Positions 30,741 through 41,550 of a stretch of 64,000 bases of DNA are shown here, in pieces. Each line of letters starts with the position of its first letter. Positions within the stretch are counted from its first letter, which is position 1. Origin of the DNA: Sulfolobales archaeon HS-7 (GTDB taxonomy: Archaea; Thermoproteota; Thermoprotei_A; Sulfolobales; Sulfolobaceae); NCBI GenBank assembly GCA_019704295.1, contig AP024596.1, positions 1,568,001 through 1,632,000 on the forward strand, written 5' to 3'. The notes beneath the pieces were generated by a model, which did no database searches, was not told the DNA's origin, and was given only the letters and a program-made list of their open reading frames with translations. The translations under genes and the position numbers were made by a program.

Positions 30741-32198
30741 ATGCCGGTTGTGGTCTCAGATCACATGGATGAAGACGTAGATTTTTACGTACCTCCTGGA
30801 GCGGACGCTACTGATGCCCTCAATGACGCGTTAATACTATCAGAAATTTACGGTGTTGCACACATAGTTATAAGGGGTAGACTCTACGTTTACGCCTCTT
30901 CGAACCCTACATTAACATTGGATCAATCGGAACATTACGTATTCGAGGGAGATGGTCTCGGTGAAATAGTCTATGTAAATCCGAATGGTATTTCGAATCC
31001 TGCTAGTATGATATCAATATCCCCAATAGCAACGCAAGAGATTAGTTATGCCTCAAGCAATGCATCTGTTACAGGGGTGCTTCAGTATTCCACCTACGGA
31101 TGGATAGTGGCTTTCCGTAACTTAAGACTATCCAACCTCACAAGCCAACGGTGGCTAATTATAACAAGCTTTCCCAATAAGATGCACTCGACTATGTTTT
31201 ACTTTGAAGGGGTGCAGTTCTTCTCATCGATTTGGATAAATGAAACTACATTGGTTCTGTTCTATAACTGCTATGTAAATAACAACGAAATTCTAATCGA
31301 CTCCCAGTCTAGGGAAGCCATAGTGTTAGGAACCAGGTTCGAGAATAACGGGGGGTTGGCAATATCTCCTCGTGGCTATGCCGTAATAGGATGCACTTTC
31401 GTCTCGTCAAATACATATCTTAATCCTGGAGTTGACGGAAACAACGGTTCCATAATTGGTTGCGTTTTCGATTATGCTAGGCTTATAACACAGGGCGCTA
31501 ATAATTTAAGAGTTGTAGCGTCGCAATTCCAGAACGTCACCTTCTCAGGAAACGGGGGGTATGTGGAACTCACTCAGGGAGTAGATTACGCAATAGTCGC
31601 GTGTACTTTCGAAAGTTATCAGGTTACTATAAGTGATATTTACGGGGGGAGGAGCCTCTTCATAGCATTCAATACCTTTAACTTCGGATCTAACGTGGTT
31701 GTCCAAATAAGGGACGGATATTACATTGACTCTATTGTGATTACCGGAAACGTATTCATATCTCAACCCTATCACGCTTCCCTAATCTTTATTACAGGTA
31801 GTCCCGCTCCAGGTTCTAGCACAGTTCAGTTTACGGGAAAATTCAAAATGCTATACGCTACCTTTAACACCTTTATAAGTGGGGGGAAAGGTCCGGCATA
31901 CGGCGTATCAGTTTCATCATCGCAACAGGTCAGCGGCCGGGCGTACATAACTATAGCCCTCAGCGGAGTTTACTCGTACATAGCCTTCAACTACTTCGAA
32001 AGTAATAACGGACTTTACGATTTCTCTAACAACGAGGCAATAGGTTTCATAGCGGTAGAGCAACTTTCGAGTAATATTACTGGAATTTCGAATCTAATGA
32101 TATTCTTTAATGTTAACGAGGGTAATCCCCAATACCTGCCATCTAATCAGAAGTATACCTCAGGATTTAATATAGGCGTAAACAATACTGTGTCGTGA
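30741..32198 (+). CDS. Right-handed parallel beta-helix (pectin-lyase-like) protein
   Basis: DATDALNDAL N-cap, FEGDG, repeated IxGCxF/IxxNxF coils; no signal peptide. Confidence 0.75.
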   Translation: MPVVVSDHMDEDVDFYVPPGADATDALNDALILSEIYGVAHIVIRGRLYVYASSNPTLTLDQSEHYVFEGDGLGEIVYVNPNGISNPASMISISPIATQEISYASSNASVTGVLQYSTYGWIVAFRNLRLSNLTSQRWLIITSFPNKMHSTMFYFEGVQFFSSIWINETTLVLFYNCYVNNNEILIDSQSREAIVLGTRFENNGGLAISPRGYAVIGCTFVSSNTYLNPGVDGNNGSIIGCVFDYARLITQGANNLRVVASQFQNVTFSGNGGYVELTQGVDYAIVACTFESYQVTISDIYGGRSLFIAFNTFNFGSNVVVQIRDGYYIDSIVITGNVFISQPYHASLIFITGSPAPGSSTVQFTGKFKMLYATFNTFISGGKGPAYGVSVSSSQQVSGRAYITIALSGVYSYIAFNYFESNNGLYDFSNNEAIGFIAVEQLSSNITGISNLMIFFNVNEGNPQYLPSNQKYTSGFNIGVNNTVS

Positions 32199-32202
32199 TG
32201 AA

Positions 32203-32655
32203 ATGAAATTAATAATTGCATATGATGACGGGAGAACTCAGGAGTTAGAACCAAAAAAGGTCGAAATTATATCCTCACGGGAGGGAAATATCGCCCACTA
32301 CAAAATAGCTACTCGTGGAGAGATTACCATCATATTCCATGCCTTTGTGCCCACCACCGAAATGGTAACCCTTACGCCAAAACTGCCTGATTTAAAAATA
32401 GAGGAAAAGATCGATTCCTCAAGGAAATATCAGATGTCAGCCAATGAAATGATAAATGCAGCAAAGAGTCGGATTAGGGGTTCACCCGAGTACAATTGCG
32501 TTTACTGCGGAGAACCCGCCTCTAATAGCTATCAAGGAAAGAGAGTGTGTTCTGAATGCTTTTCACAGCTATCATCAAAAGGCGAATCGGAGGAATTCCT
32601 TCGCTACGTCAATAGAAAACTTATGAGGAAATTAGTGGGGAATCAACAACGTTAG
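32203..32655 (+). CDS. Hypothetical protein with CxxC..CxxC zinc finger
   Basis: CVYC...CSEC. Confidence 0.7.
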   Translation: MKLIIAYDDGRTQELEPKKVEIISSREGNIAHYKIATRGEITIIFHAFVPTTEMVTLTPKLPDLKIEEKIDSSRKYQMSANEMINAAKSRIRGSPEYNCVYCGEPASNSYQGKRVCSECFSQLSSKGESEEFLRYVNRKLMRKLVGNQQR

Positions 32656-34698
32656 TTGAGAGGGAAGGGAAAAGAAGTGAACCAACTCCGGTCTTAAGAT
32701 GATGAAGGCGGTTATTGAGATAGTGGCTGCAGTGAGCGATTCCATGGCTAGACGCGAATCGGCTGCAGTACCGGTAATAGCTCTTGCCAACAAAATACCA
32801 AGCAGTAAGGCAGATATCTCGATAAAGACGTAGACTATCTGGTACTCCATAGGGGTAAGGGATTGGAACGTAAACGGTAAGATCGAGCCTGTGGGCAATA
32901 ACGAACTCTGGAGCTGATTAGAACCAAATGAACTTAGGACCTGAACTGTTAAAAGTGAGGAAAACGTTAACATTACCGGTGTCAGTATGCCAAGGAAGTT
33001 GTAAACCCTTAGCCTTAGCACGGCCTCTCTTTTGGACTCAGTGTATTCTTCAGTAAAGGAATGAAGTTCCTCTAGGAGCGTGGGAGAGACGTTCCCGCTC
33101 TCGTATAAAAGCTTTAACATAAAGAAAACGAACTTCCCCAACCAGCTTTTCGTGTTTATCTCAAGTTTCGACATTGGAACGCCTCTCTTTAGCTGCTCAG
33201 CGGCGCTCTTTATTACTACTCTGAATTCCGGTTCGTAAGATTCGGAATTACCCTTAGATATTATTGCCCTTCTTAGATCATAGCCAATCCTTCTAAACTC
33301 AGTTACCTCTCTGATGAACATTGGAAGAGAACGTTCAACTCCGTTGATATCCCTTATCTGTCCCCTTATCTGCCAATAAAGTGCCAAGAGTAAGACCATG
33401 GAACCTGCGTAAATCGAGATATATGGATAGTAAGGGAACAACAGATACGTAATCAGAGCTACAGCAAAACCCGCTACTGACGGGAGGAATATATCGTACT
33501 CTATTTTGTCAGGGCTTTTGGGTCTTCCCCCTCTTATAACTACGTGCATGACTATAGCTGAAAGGAAAGGCATGACCAGTAATATCGGTACGCTCTGCGG
33601 ATCCGCGAGGGCTACGAAAACTATGAATAGGGTCGGAACTACTAAGAATAGGATCACTACGGATTCACCTATAGAACCTATTCTTTCCGCGTAAAGCTTC
33701 CACTTCAGGCTTAACCAAGTGGAGAACTCCGCGGCCTTATCATTCAGGTATTTCTCTAAGTCCCCACCCCCAGAGAAGACCGCTAAGTAACCGAAGAGGA
33801 AATCGGAGTACTTCTCCGATATCTTCGCTCTAGCTCTATCTCTTATCGAGTCTGCCATTGATCTACCGAAGGTGTAGAAATCCCGAAGAAAAGCCCTAGA
33901 CTCCATTCTGAGAGCTGAGAACAGGTCCGATTTATTGACCTTTTGAAAGATATAGTTAATAGGTAGACCAGAAGACGACGCTATTGAAACTAGGGACGCG
34001 AAGAAGGGCAACTCGTACTCTATAACCCCCTTTGAACTCGCCACCTTCGACTTTATTTCAATCATGGGATAGAAGAACAGTATAATGGGAATAAGGATTA
34101 TAACGACGTAGAGAATTATGAAAATCGGTTGGGGGAAAAAGTTAAGGTTAAACCTAGGTAAGAGGTAATTGGTAATGCCGAATAATAACGCTATTAGCGT
34201 AATACTTATGGGAATGTAATCTATTCCCCTTGCAGCGTAATCCATTACTCTGAACACCGCATTATCATACCCTCCTATTACGGAGAGATCCCCCTGTACT
34301 CTCGTTACGTACCAGTTGACAATTCTCTTAAACCTGTCATTACCCAGAAATACCTTTACCACCTTTACGGATAAAATACCGTGCATCGAGTTAAGCTGTT
34401 GATATATTGACATCTTGGTTTTAGAGAGGTTAAAGTAAGAGGCTATAACCTCGTACGCAATTAAACCTATGAAAGCGGCAACCAGGGAGAACCCTATAGC
34501 CAAAGAGTATACTTGATTGTGAACCAATCCGTCAAGAAACACATCAACCGGAATAAGAAACAGCCCAAGTACGATGTCAACAACTGCAAACAGTACCAAC
34601 CTAACAGTATCCCTGTTCTTTACGAAAATTATAGAGTAGAGTAGAAAGAGGAGTGCTGGATCCTTCCCCTCCCTTGCCTTATCACTCAATCTATCCAC
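32632..34698 (-). CDS. TadC/T2SS-F family pilus assembly platform protein
   Basis: Two T2SSF-like domains (EYELPFFASLVS..SSG; ERSLPMFIREVTE..RIG); follows ATPase. Confidence 0.85.
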   Translation of the reverse strand: MDRLSDKAREGKDPALLFLLYSIIFVKNRDTVRLVLFAVVDIVLGLFLIPVDVFLDGLVHNQVYSLAIGFSLVAAFIGLIAYEVIASYFNLSKTKMSIYQQLNSMHGILSVKVVKVFLGNDRFKRIVNWYVTRVQGDLSVIGGYDNAVFRVMDYAARGIDYIPISITLIALLFGITNYLLPRFNLNFFPQPIFIILYVVIILIPIILFFYPMIEIKSKVASSKGVIEYELPFFASLVSIASSSGLPINYIFQKVNKSDLFSALRMESRAFLRDFYTFGRSMADSIRDRARAKISEKYSDFLFGYLAVFSGGGDLEKYLNDKAAEFSTWLSLKWKLYAERIGSIGESVVILFLVVPTLFIVFVALADPQSVPILLVMPFLSAIVMHVVIRGGRPKSPDKIEYDIFLPSVAGFAVALITYLLFPYYPYISIYAGSMVLLLALYWQIRGQIRDINGVERSLPMFIREVTEFRRIGYDLRRAIISKGNSESYEPEFRVVIKSAAEQLKRGVPMSKLEINTKSWLGKFVFFMLKLLYESGNVSPTLLEELHSFTEEYTESKREAVLRLRVYNFLGILTPVMLTFSSLLTVQVLSSFGSNQLQSSLLPTGSILPFTFQSLTPMEYQIVYVFIEISALLLGILLARAITGTAADSRLAMESLTAATISITAFIILRPELVHFFSLPSQLTLLIPH

Positions 34699-36289
34699 CC
34701 CTGGAAATTATCGAGTCCAGTCTCTCAGGTTCAAGGTAGTACATTCTTAGATAAGTTGCCAGTTCCTGGTAATCCCTTATATTCATCCTAACTAAACTGT
34801 TGATAACCTTTTCCCTTTTCCTTACCTCTAATTCCAGTCTCGAATTACTCCATGCTAAGTACCTTGCCGCATCCTGGAGTTGATGGGAATTCCTCAAAAG
34901 GTAGGTCAAATCGGATGGAGAAGTCTCGTCCGTCATCGGATCGTAATCGAAAACTTTAGAAAATTCCTTGGAACCGCTTGTAGCCAACCTGTTCTCCCAT
35001 ATCCCGATCACTCTCCTGTACTGTTCCCTTGTCGCCAGATCGCTAAGCTTATTTACCGAGACTATAGCAGCTAATAGTTGTTCGAACTCTATCGCTAGGA
35101 TCTCAGGAAGTAATCCCAAAATCCTCAGTTTTACCTCCTCCGGGGAGACGCCGTGAAAAGTGGTTAACCCTCCATGACCCAGAGCGGATGCCTGTACGAG
35201 GTTCGATATTTCCGAACCCCTGACTTCTCCGACTATTATGTAATCGGGCCTGAACCTGAGGGAAGTTTTAAGGAGATCCTCCATCTTTATTTCCTTACCC
35301 GTCACGAATGAAGTGGTTCTGGTAAACAGTCTATTCCAGTATTGATGGGGTAACAGGAGTTCAGGTGTGTCCTCTATCGTTAATATTTTAGCGCTTGGAT
35401 GAAGGAGGGTTAACAGGGCATTTAGGACGGTTGTCTTTCCAGAGCCCGTTGGTCCTACGATTAGCATGAACTTCTTAGCTTCTGCGAGAATCCAAAGGTA
35501 GACCACCTCCGGTACAGTGATCATTTTGGAATTGATCAGATCTATTACGGTAAAGGGCTTTTCCGGATGTTTCCTGATATCTAACGTAGAACCCGGAAGG
35601 GAGACTTCGGAACCGTATATCATTGCGACCCTGTGACCCTCCTTTAAGATGGCGTCCTGGATTGGGTTAGCCAAGCTTATAGATTTTCCGGACCTTTCAG
35701 TGATCTTTTCAATTAAATCCCTTACCTCCTCCTCATTTTTGAACCTTATATTAGTATCCAGCCTTAGAAATTTAGTATAAAGTTTATGGACTACGGTAAC
35801 GGGCTTATTGAATCCCGTTAACTCGATGTCCTCTATCAACTTGTCGTAAACAGGAGGCGTTAGGGCCGAGTAGGACATCTCCCTCACTACGTAGTAAAGT
35901 ATCCTGTCAACCCTACTCGGGTTATTCTCTACCTCTAAATTTTCGGCAATTTTCACTATGTAATCCCTTATGAAGTCCTTGAACATTAAGGGAGTTCCCA
36001 TGTTCTCAGGATCTTCTGAGACGGGAAGAGAAGTGTACATGTAACGTAAAACCTGTCTGATGAATTCCAGATCCTCCGGGGTTATTTTAGGTTCGGATAT
36101 AACGTAATATCCCTTTCCGTTACTCTCCATTACGCTTACCTTTACCTGGGAAAGTAATGGATCGGCCTCCCCAAGATCGTATGAGGTTAACACTGAAGCA
36201 CCTGTAGGACCAGGTTCTAATTCAATAAATGAAAGTCCAAAGGTATCCCCTTTATTATTCTTTCTGGTCGCTTTGCCTGGCATTTTCAT
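34691..36289 (-). CDS. VirB11/TadA-like type IV pilus assembly ATPase
   Basis: GPTGSGKTT, TIEDTPEL, SLRFRPDYIIVGEVRG, GHGGLTTFH. Confidence 0.95.
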   Translation of the reverse strand: MKMPGKATRKNNKGDTFGLSFIELEPGPTGASVLTSYDLGEADPLLSQVKVSVMESNGKGYYVISEPKITPEDLEFIRQVLRYMYTSLPVSEDPENMGTPLMFKDFIRDYIVKIAENLEVENNPSRVDRILYYVVREMSYSALTPPVYDKLIEDIELTGFNKPVTVVHKLYTKFLRLDTNIRFKNEEEVRDLIEKITERSGKSISLANPIQDAILKEGHRVAMIYGSEVSLPGSTLDIRKHPEKPFTVIDLINSKMITVPEVVYLWILAEAKKFMLIVGPTGSGKTTVLNALLTLLHPSAKILTIEDTPELLLPHQYWNRLFTRTTSFVTGKEIKMEDLLKTSLRFRPDYIIVGEVRGSEISNLVQASALGHGGLTTFHGVSPEEVKLRILGLLPEILAIEFEQLLAAIVSVNKLSDLATREQYRRVIGIWENRLATSGSKEFSKVFDYDPMTDETSPSDLTYLLRNSHQLQDAARYLAWSNSRLELEVRKREKVINSLVRMNIRDYQELATYLRMYYLEPERLDSIISRGG

Positions 36290-36326
36290 TAAAATTTATT
36301 AATGAATCTCCCCTATTTAAACATAT
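36290..36326. promoter_or_regulatory. Interlocked divergent promoters
   Basis: TTTATTAA at 36295-36302 (+) and TTTAAATA at 36321-36314 (-), each 25-32 nt before the ATG it faces. Confidence 0.6.
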
Positions 36327-36845
36327 ATGAAAGGAGTATCAGAGATTATAGGAACGGTATTACTTATAATGATAACCCTGGCAGCCTTAGCCTTCGTGGT
36401 TGTTTACTTTTACGGGAGGTTCAGCAGAGATAACGCAGGGTTAACGATACAAAGTAATCAGATCATATCCCAGGCAGGTTCAACACTCGATTTGGTATAT
36501 AGCTATCAAAACTCGTCGGAGCGCTACGGGACCATCAAAAGCGATTGGATCTTTTACATAGAGGATACAGGAGAGTATCCCTTAACGATAAGCGGGATAT
36601 GTTGGATTAACGGTGGAAAACAAGTAATTAACATTAATACTGTTGTCGAAATTGCCAACTCCACAAAACCAGATATTTACGAGAGTTTTCCATCTAAAGG
36701 TCTCACCTTAACCCCCCACGTCGTCTACTGGATAGTAGTTACTAACGCTACACCTCCTTTTCCTCCTTATTTTCCCATCCCCTGTATGATTGACTTCAAC
36801 GGAGTGATAATAATTCACACAAATGGGGAGTTCATTGAGGTGTGA
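36327..36845 (+). CDS. Archaeal type IV pilin
   Basis: Class III signal MKG/VSEIIGTVLLIMIT; IEDTG motif. Confidence 0.88.
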   Translation: MKGVSEIIGTVLLIMITLAALAFVVVYFYGRFSRDNAGLTIQSNQIISQAGSTLDLVYSYQNSSERYGTIKSDWIFYIEDTGEYPLTISGICWINGGKQVININTVVEIANSTKPDIYESFPSKGLTLTPHVVYWIVVTNATPPFPPYFPIPCMIDFNGVIIIHTNGEFIEV

Positions 36846-37279
36846 TTATGCGTAACTCCAGGGGACAGTCATCAATAATAGTAATGATAGCCATAATAGC
36901 AATATTCTTTCTATTCCTTTCGTCAATTAGCTACTACGAGTACGAGTTCTCACAAATAGGAAACGCCTATAAGAACTCCCTCCAGCTACAACTGGATAAA
37001 TCGAAGGAAGCACTCGAAGTGCAAGTTTTCAACGAATCGACTTCTCAAACGAATTGCCATTACAAGATCGTAATAACCAACATCGGCACTATAGGCTCGT
37101 GTATAATAGGGATCTATGCGATTTACAACCAGAGTAGTTACGTTACACAGGAATACGCCAATCCCACCTTTCTACCCGTTAATCAATCGGAAGAACTCCG
37201 CATTACCCTCAATCAAAACGGAGTTACTGCTTTCTTCTTAGTTACCGCATATGGTAACGCCTTCATATCTCCGGCATAG
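36842..37279 (+). CDS. Archaeal type IV pilin-like protein
   Basis: RG/QSSIIVMIAII class III signal; ITNIG and LVTAYGN motifs; start may be ATG 36848. Confidence 0.8.
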   Translation: MIMRNSRGQSSIIVMIAIIAIFFLFLSSISYYEYEFSQIGNAYKNSLQLQLDKSKEALEVQVFNESTSQTNCHYKIVITNIGTIGSCIIGIYAIYNQSSYVTQEYANPTFLPVNQSEELRITLNQNGVTAFFLVTAYGNAFISPA

Positions 37280-37356
37280 TCTGGAAAACATTTTTAGTTA
37301 TTCTAGAAGCGACCTCTAAAAAACCCCAAAACGTTTTTATATAAGTTTTGTAAAAC

Positions 37357-37833
37357 ATGTCATTAATGATAAGGTATAAGTCAGAAAATAGGAGGAAAAA
37401 AGGATTAGAAAACATTTTAGGAGCGATAATGCTGCTACTAATAGTTGTGGTAGCAGCTGCGTTTCTTGGATATTACGTGTTCAGATTAATAGGTTCACAC
37501 ACGGAGAATACAGGTGTGCGTATTATCAGCGTTTCACCGTTAGACTATCAGGGTTCTGCCTATTACTTAATAGTCGGTGTACAGAACACTGGAGGTACCA
37601 ATGAAACGATTACCGTTCGCGAGTTCGCCGGCTCGATTACGGGCATTAATAGTAATTCAACTTCTGGTGTCTATAAATATGGTATTACGCCAGGGGCAGA
37701 AACGTTAATATGGTTAAGCTTAGGTTCCGGCATCCCAATAGGTACGACCATCACAGTTCAAGCATCCGCAAGCACTGGAGCAAACCAAGCCGCTTCTGGT
37801 GCGTCGGAATCTGTAAGCTATACAATACAGTGA
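37357..37833 (+). CDS. Archaeal type IV pilin (candidate major pilin)
   Basis: RRKKG/LENILGAIMLLLIVVVAAA; VQNTG; own TATA box near 37334-37343. Confidence 0.88.
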   Translation: MSLMIRYKSENRRKKGLENILGAIMLLLIVVVAAAFLGYYVFRLIGSHTENTGVRIISVSPLDYQGSAYYLIVGVQNTGGTNETITVREFAGSITGINSNSTSGVYKYGITPGAETLIWLSLGSGIPIGTTITVQASASTGANQAASGASESVSYTIQ

Positions 37834-38475
37834 GATATATAGAACATGTTACGGCTGTGTTATAGAAGTTTATACCTTCTTTTTTCACTTCTCTCATACA
37901 TATTTTGAGGATCGTCACTTCGATTAAGTTTTACCTCATTCTCACATAACCCTATGTTTACCTCTTACAAAGAAAACACTTCTAACGTAAATCTCATTTT
38001 TACGTGATTTGCGTTCCCCGCGATTGTAGCGATTAACTTAACCATTTCCCAATCGAAATTGATCAAATTGTACAACCTTACATCCCTCCCAGATATAGGA
38101 TTCTTATATAATATGTAAAAAACGATATGAGTTTAGAGAACCACTGCGTTATATATCCTTGAACTCTAAAGATCAATATTTTCCCCTTTGTTAATAACCG
38201 TTTCAAGGAATGATTCTGTAGGAGGAAATCGCATCCTTAGAATTGTGAAGAACTGTGACACAGGAATAAGGATGGCAGGGAAGAAGTGTTGAAACGGGGA
38301 TGTAGATTAATTGAGGGCGTAGGACGGAATTTATTCTTCTCAATAACGTATTGAGAAGATAATCATTCTCTCTTTGCAGGATGACTGACGTTAAATACCC
38401 TCATCCAAATCGGAGTAGTCATTGAAAGGCCAACCTGTATAGGAGAGTCTAATTATCAAGGAATTAAATATCCCC

Positions 38476-39582
38476 TTAAGTGAGGAAACCGTCTAGGAGA
38501 GCGAAAACCTTTCTTCTAAAAGTCTCGTAGGAGAACTCCCTGGCACGATTCAGTGATTTCTGGCTAAGAATTGAGAACTTCTCCTCGTCTATAATGATAT
38601 TCATGATTTCTTTTGCCGCCTCCTCTGTTGTGTTATAAAGAACGCCGTATTTCCCTCCATCGGAAATGTCAATCAAGGAACCAGTTGCGTTGTACATTAC
38701 GGGGACGGCACCAACAGACATGGCCTCTGCAACCCCTAGTCCAAAATTATCGTTTCTCATACAATGTAAAACGACTTTTGCGTGACTTACTATCTCCAAT
38801 TTTTCCCTTTCAGGGACATCAGTTAATAGTTCTACATCTTCTCCTGCCATGTTTTTGAGTTTTTCAAAGTATTCCTTAGAGGACCTAACTTTGTCTAGAC
38901 CTCCTATTATCTTAAACTGAACTTCCTTATTTTTCTCTCGGACCAATTTAGCTATGTTAATGAACTCGTCCCAATGTTTAGGTTCAACATACTTCCCTAT
39001 ACCTACTACGAGTTCCTCCTTCTCTCCAACCACAGGTTTCCAGAATACGTCCACGGGTGGATATATAACAGAGCATTCGTAGTTATATTCATTCCTAATG
39101 AAGTCCCTAATATAAGAAGAACTACAGACGAGCCCCTTGGAGTTGGCTGATCTTTGTATTAAACTCTCGACTACATTTGCATAAACTCTATTCAAACCTG
39201 ATCTCCTATTGACTATGTCATTCCTAGACATTAATGCCGTCGGCGGATATATTATATATGAAATGTCTAAGCCAACTGGAACGTCTACGTAATAGAGGTT
39301 AATGGAAATGTCGAATCTCCCCAAAACCTTCTTGGCATTTAACATGATGTAATCTAATGGACCAGAAACTAAAGGACCTGTCAGAATGGGCACTGATGAA
39401 CTCTTTACGCCCTTAACTGCATCCACCATATCCTGAACTTGTGGCAATTTTCCTAAGTTGGGCGTAACTGAAACTATTTCTGAAATACCGTACTCTCTCA
39501 TGGCTTTAATAAACGCTGTCGCAGTCTTTGCCTCACTGTTGAATAAAAGAGGAGGTAAGACTACCAGCGATTTGAAATTCAT
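38476..39582 (-). CDS. GT4 glycosyltransferase
   Basis: YPPV, GKYVEPK, DNFGLGVAEAMSVGAVPV. Confidence 0.9.
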   Translation of the reverse strand: MNFKSLVVLPPLLFNSEAKTATAFIKAMREYGISEIVSVTPNLGKLPQVQDMVDAVKGVKSSSVPILTGPLVSGPLDYIMLNAKKVLGRFDISINLYYVDVPVGLDISYIIYPPTALMSRNDIVNRRSGLNRVYANVVESLIQRSANSKGLVCSSSYIRDFIRNEYNYECSVIYPPVDVFWKPVVGEKEELVVGIGKYVEPKHWDEFINIAKLVREKNKEVQFKIIGGLDKVRSSKEYFEKLKNMAGEDVELLTDVPEREKLEIVSHAKVVLHCMRNDNFGLGVAEAMSVGAVPVMYNATGSLIDISDGGKYGVLYNTTEEAAKEIMNIIIDEEKFSILSQKSLNRAREFSYETFRRKVFALLDGFLT

Positions 39583-39955
39583 TACTTCTCACAATGTTAT
39601 AGTGAGGAAGCCTATAAATCTTCATATAGGTAATTAGGCTCCCCTTATGAACTTGGTTTGGAAAGTCTCGATTAGCTTAAGAGAAGCAGTCGTTAGACAA
39701 TTCTGGTCTCATCATGAATTTACTTCGAACGTTCTTATCGGTTAGCTACGTGTAAGACCACTACTAGGGCAAAAGGGATAGTAATTATCCGATTAAGGTA
39801 ATTCTTCGTATTTACTATTATTAAATTTCCAAAATACGAATTAAGCACTGCAGACACTTTTATATATTCATTTAATTTTATTAGCAATAAATTTACTGTA
39901 ATATTTTTATCTAATATGAATAGATTTTTATACTACAGAGTCTATATTACTCCTA

Positions 39956-40987
39956 GTGAAACCGAAAGTATCAATTCTTGTGGTTCATTTCAATTCGATG
40001 AAAATTAGCGAAATAGTAGAAAAACATATCAAAGCCCTTTCTAACTTAAACTACCCAGAATATGAAGTGGTTGTGGTTGATAACGGTTCTACAGACTCCA
40101 CATTAAAATTTCTAAGGGAGAGAATCTCCGATTCTAAGTTCAAAGTAGTCAGATCCGATGTCAATACTTACTTTGGCGGTGGAAACAACGTTGCCTTTAG
40201 GCATGCGTCTAAGGATTCAAAATACTTTTTCTTGGTGAACCCTGACGCTATACCTAATCCTGACTCAGCCGATATATTGGTTGAACTCATGGAAAGCGAA
40301 CCAAAGCTTGGCGCCATACAGGGCAAGTTCAGAACTGATAAAGGAAGAATTGATACGGGGAGGTTCATTGCAGACGATGGAAACGTTATAAGACTACATA
40401 CCACCAACCTAGACCCGAATAAGGAGAGCATGGTAACGTATGTATCTGGAGCCATGATGATGCTCAGGGGCGAGGTACCCAGGGCTCGCGGTTACATCTT
40501 CCATGAAGTGCCGTTTCTCTACTTCGACTCCAGCGTACTTGGCATGGAACTTTATCATGAGGGGTATGAGGTTAAGTACTTTCCTTATGAAACGGGATAT
40601 CACAAGGGAAAAGGAACTACAGGGGATAACGTGAGTGAAACCCATATACATATATCGAGATTCATGTTCATGATGGTAACTAATTCCAAGTTCAGGAGAT
40701 ATCTGGAAATGTATTTCATCTCCAACTATGCTAAGGAAAATCTGAGGAAATTTATGGGGAAAAAGTTAGCTTCCCCAAGGAATTACTTAATGGCGTATAG
40801 ATTAGCACGCAAATACAGCAAAGAGTTTCCCGTTAAACTTAATATATACGGTATTCCTCACGCTGAATTCCCTTACAAAAACTTCTTTGTTGATATCGTT
40901 TCAGCTAAACTCAGGAAGAGATTTGTTAATGATAGCTACAAGATAGTAATACCACAAGGAAGTAAAGGCACTTCCCTCAATGGTTAA
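39956..40987 (+). CDS. GT2 glycosyltransferase
   Basis: VVDNGSTD, FGGGNN, VNPDA, YVSGA. Confidence 0.9.
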   Translation: MKPKVSILVVHFNSMKISEIVEKHIKALSNLNYPEYEVVVVDNGSTDSTLKFLRERISDSKFKVVRSDVNTYFGGGNNVAFRHASKDSKYFFLVNPDAIPNPDSADILVELMESEPKLGAIQGKFRTDKGRIDTGRFIADDGNVIRLHTTNLDPNKESMVTYVSGAMMMLRGEVPRARGYIFHEVPFLYFDSSVLGMELYHEGYEVKYFPYETGYHKGKGTTGDNVSETHIHISRFMFMMVTNSKFRRYLEMYFISNYAKENLRKFMGKKLASPRNYLMAYRLARKYSKEFPVKLNIYGIPHAEFPYKNFFVDIVSAKLRKRFVNDSYKIVIPQGSKGTSLNG

Positions 40988-41550
40988 AGTGCGCTTCTTT
41001 GAACTCTAAACATCAACGTCCTTTTACGTTAACCGTGCCAAGGAATGAACCCTGAGAAGGTAAAATTGAGTACTGTCCTTTTAGAGAGTGTAGTTAAACC
41101 TGCTCAACCCATTCATTCTTTGACCTTTGAGTTATACATAAGACTTCCCATATATTTCCGAAGACTCCGTACAAAAAAGAGGGCTGCGATTATACCTTAG
41201 GTAATACAAAAAGTCTCCTTTCTAAATCTCCATAACAGTCGTACCTCGTCCCGCTCTGAAGAGTTAAATTTAATTCCTCTTAATCAGAAGAAATTCAATA
41301 CTCCTAAAGAGGAAAGCAGTGGATTAATCTTCATTGGTCTCTAGCCTATGGAGTGGTATGCTCCGAAAGATCTAAAAAGGAGGTAAAACATATAGGTATA
41401 ACTTTCACAATTTCATCGTCTTCAAATTTCACGTAACTTGATTAATACTTTTTAAAAGTATTTACTAAAATTAATAATATTAAATTATTAAATATAAAAT
41501 AAAATTCTCTAAAAGCGATTACGGATGAGAATGGGATTCAGAGTATTACG

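Noticed and set aside
40990-41410. Possible decayed gene (similar stretches at 24380-24700, 29200-29450, 42500-43500, 58900-59200)
   Set aside because: Coding-like fragments with stops but no family recognisable by eye; needs blastx
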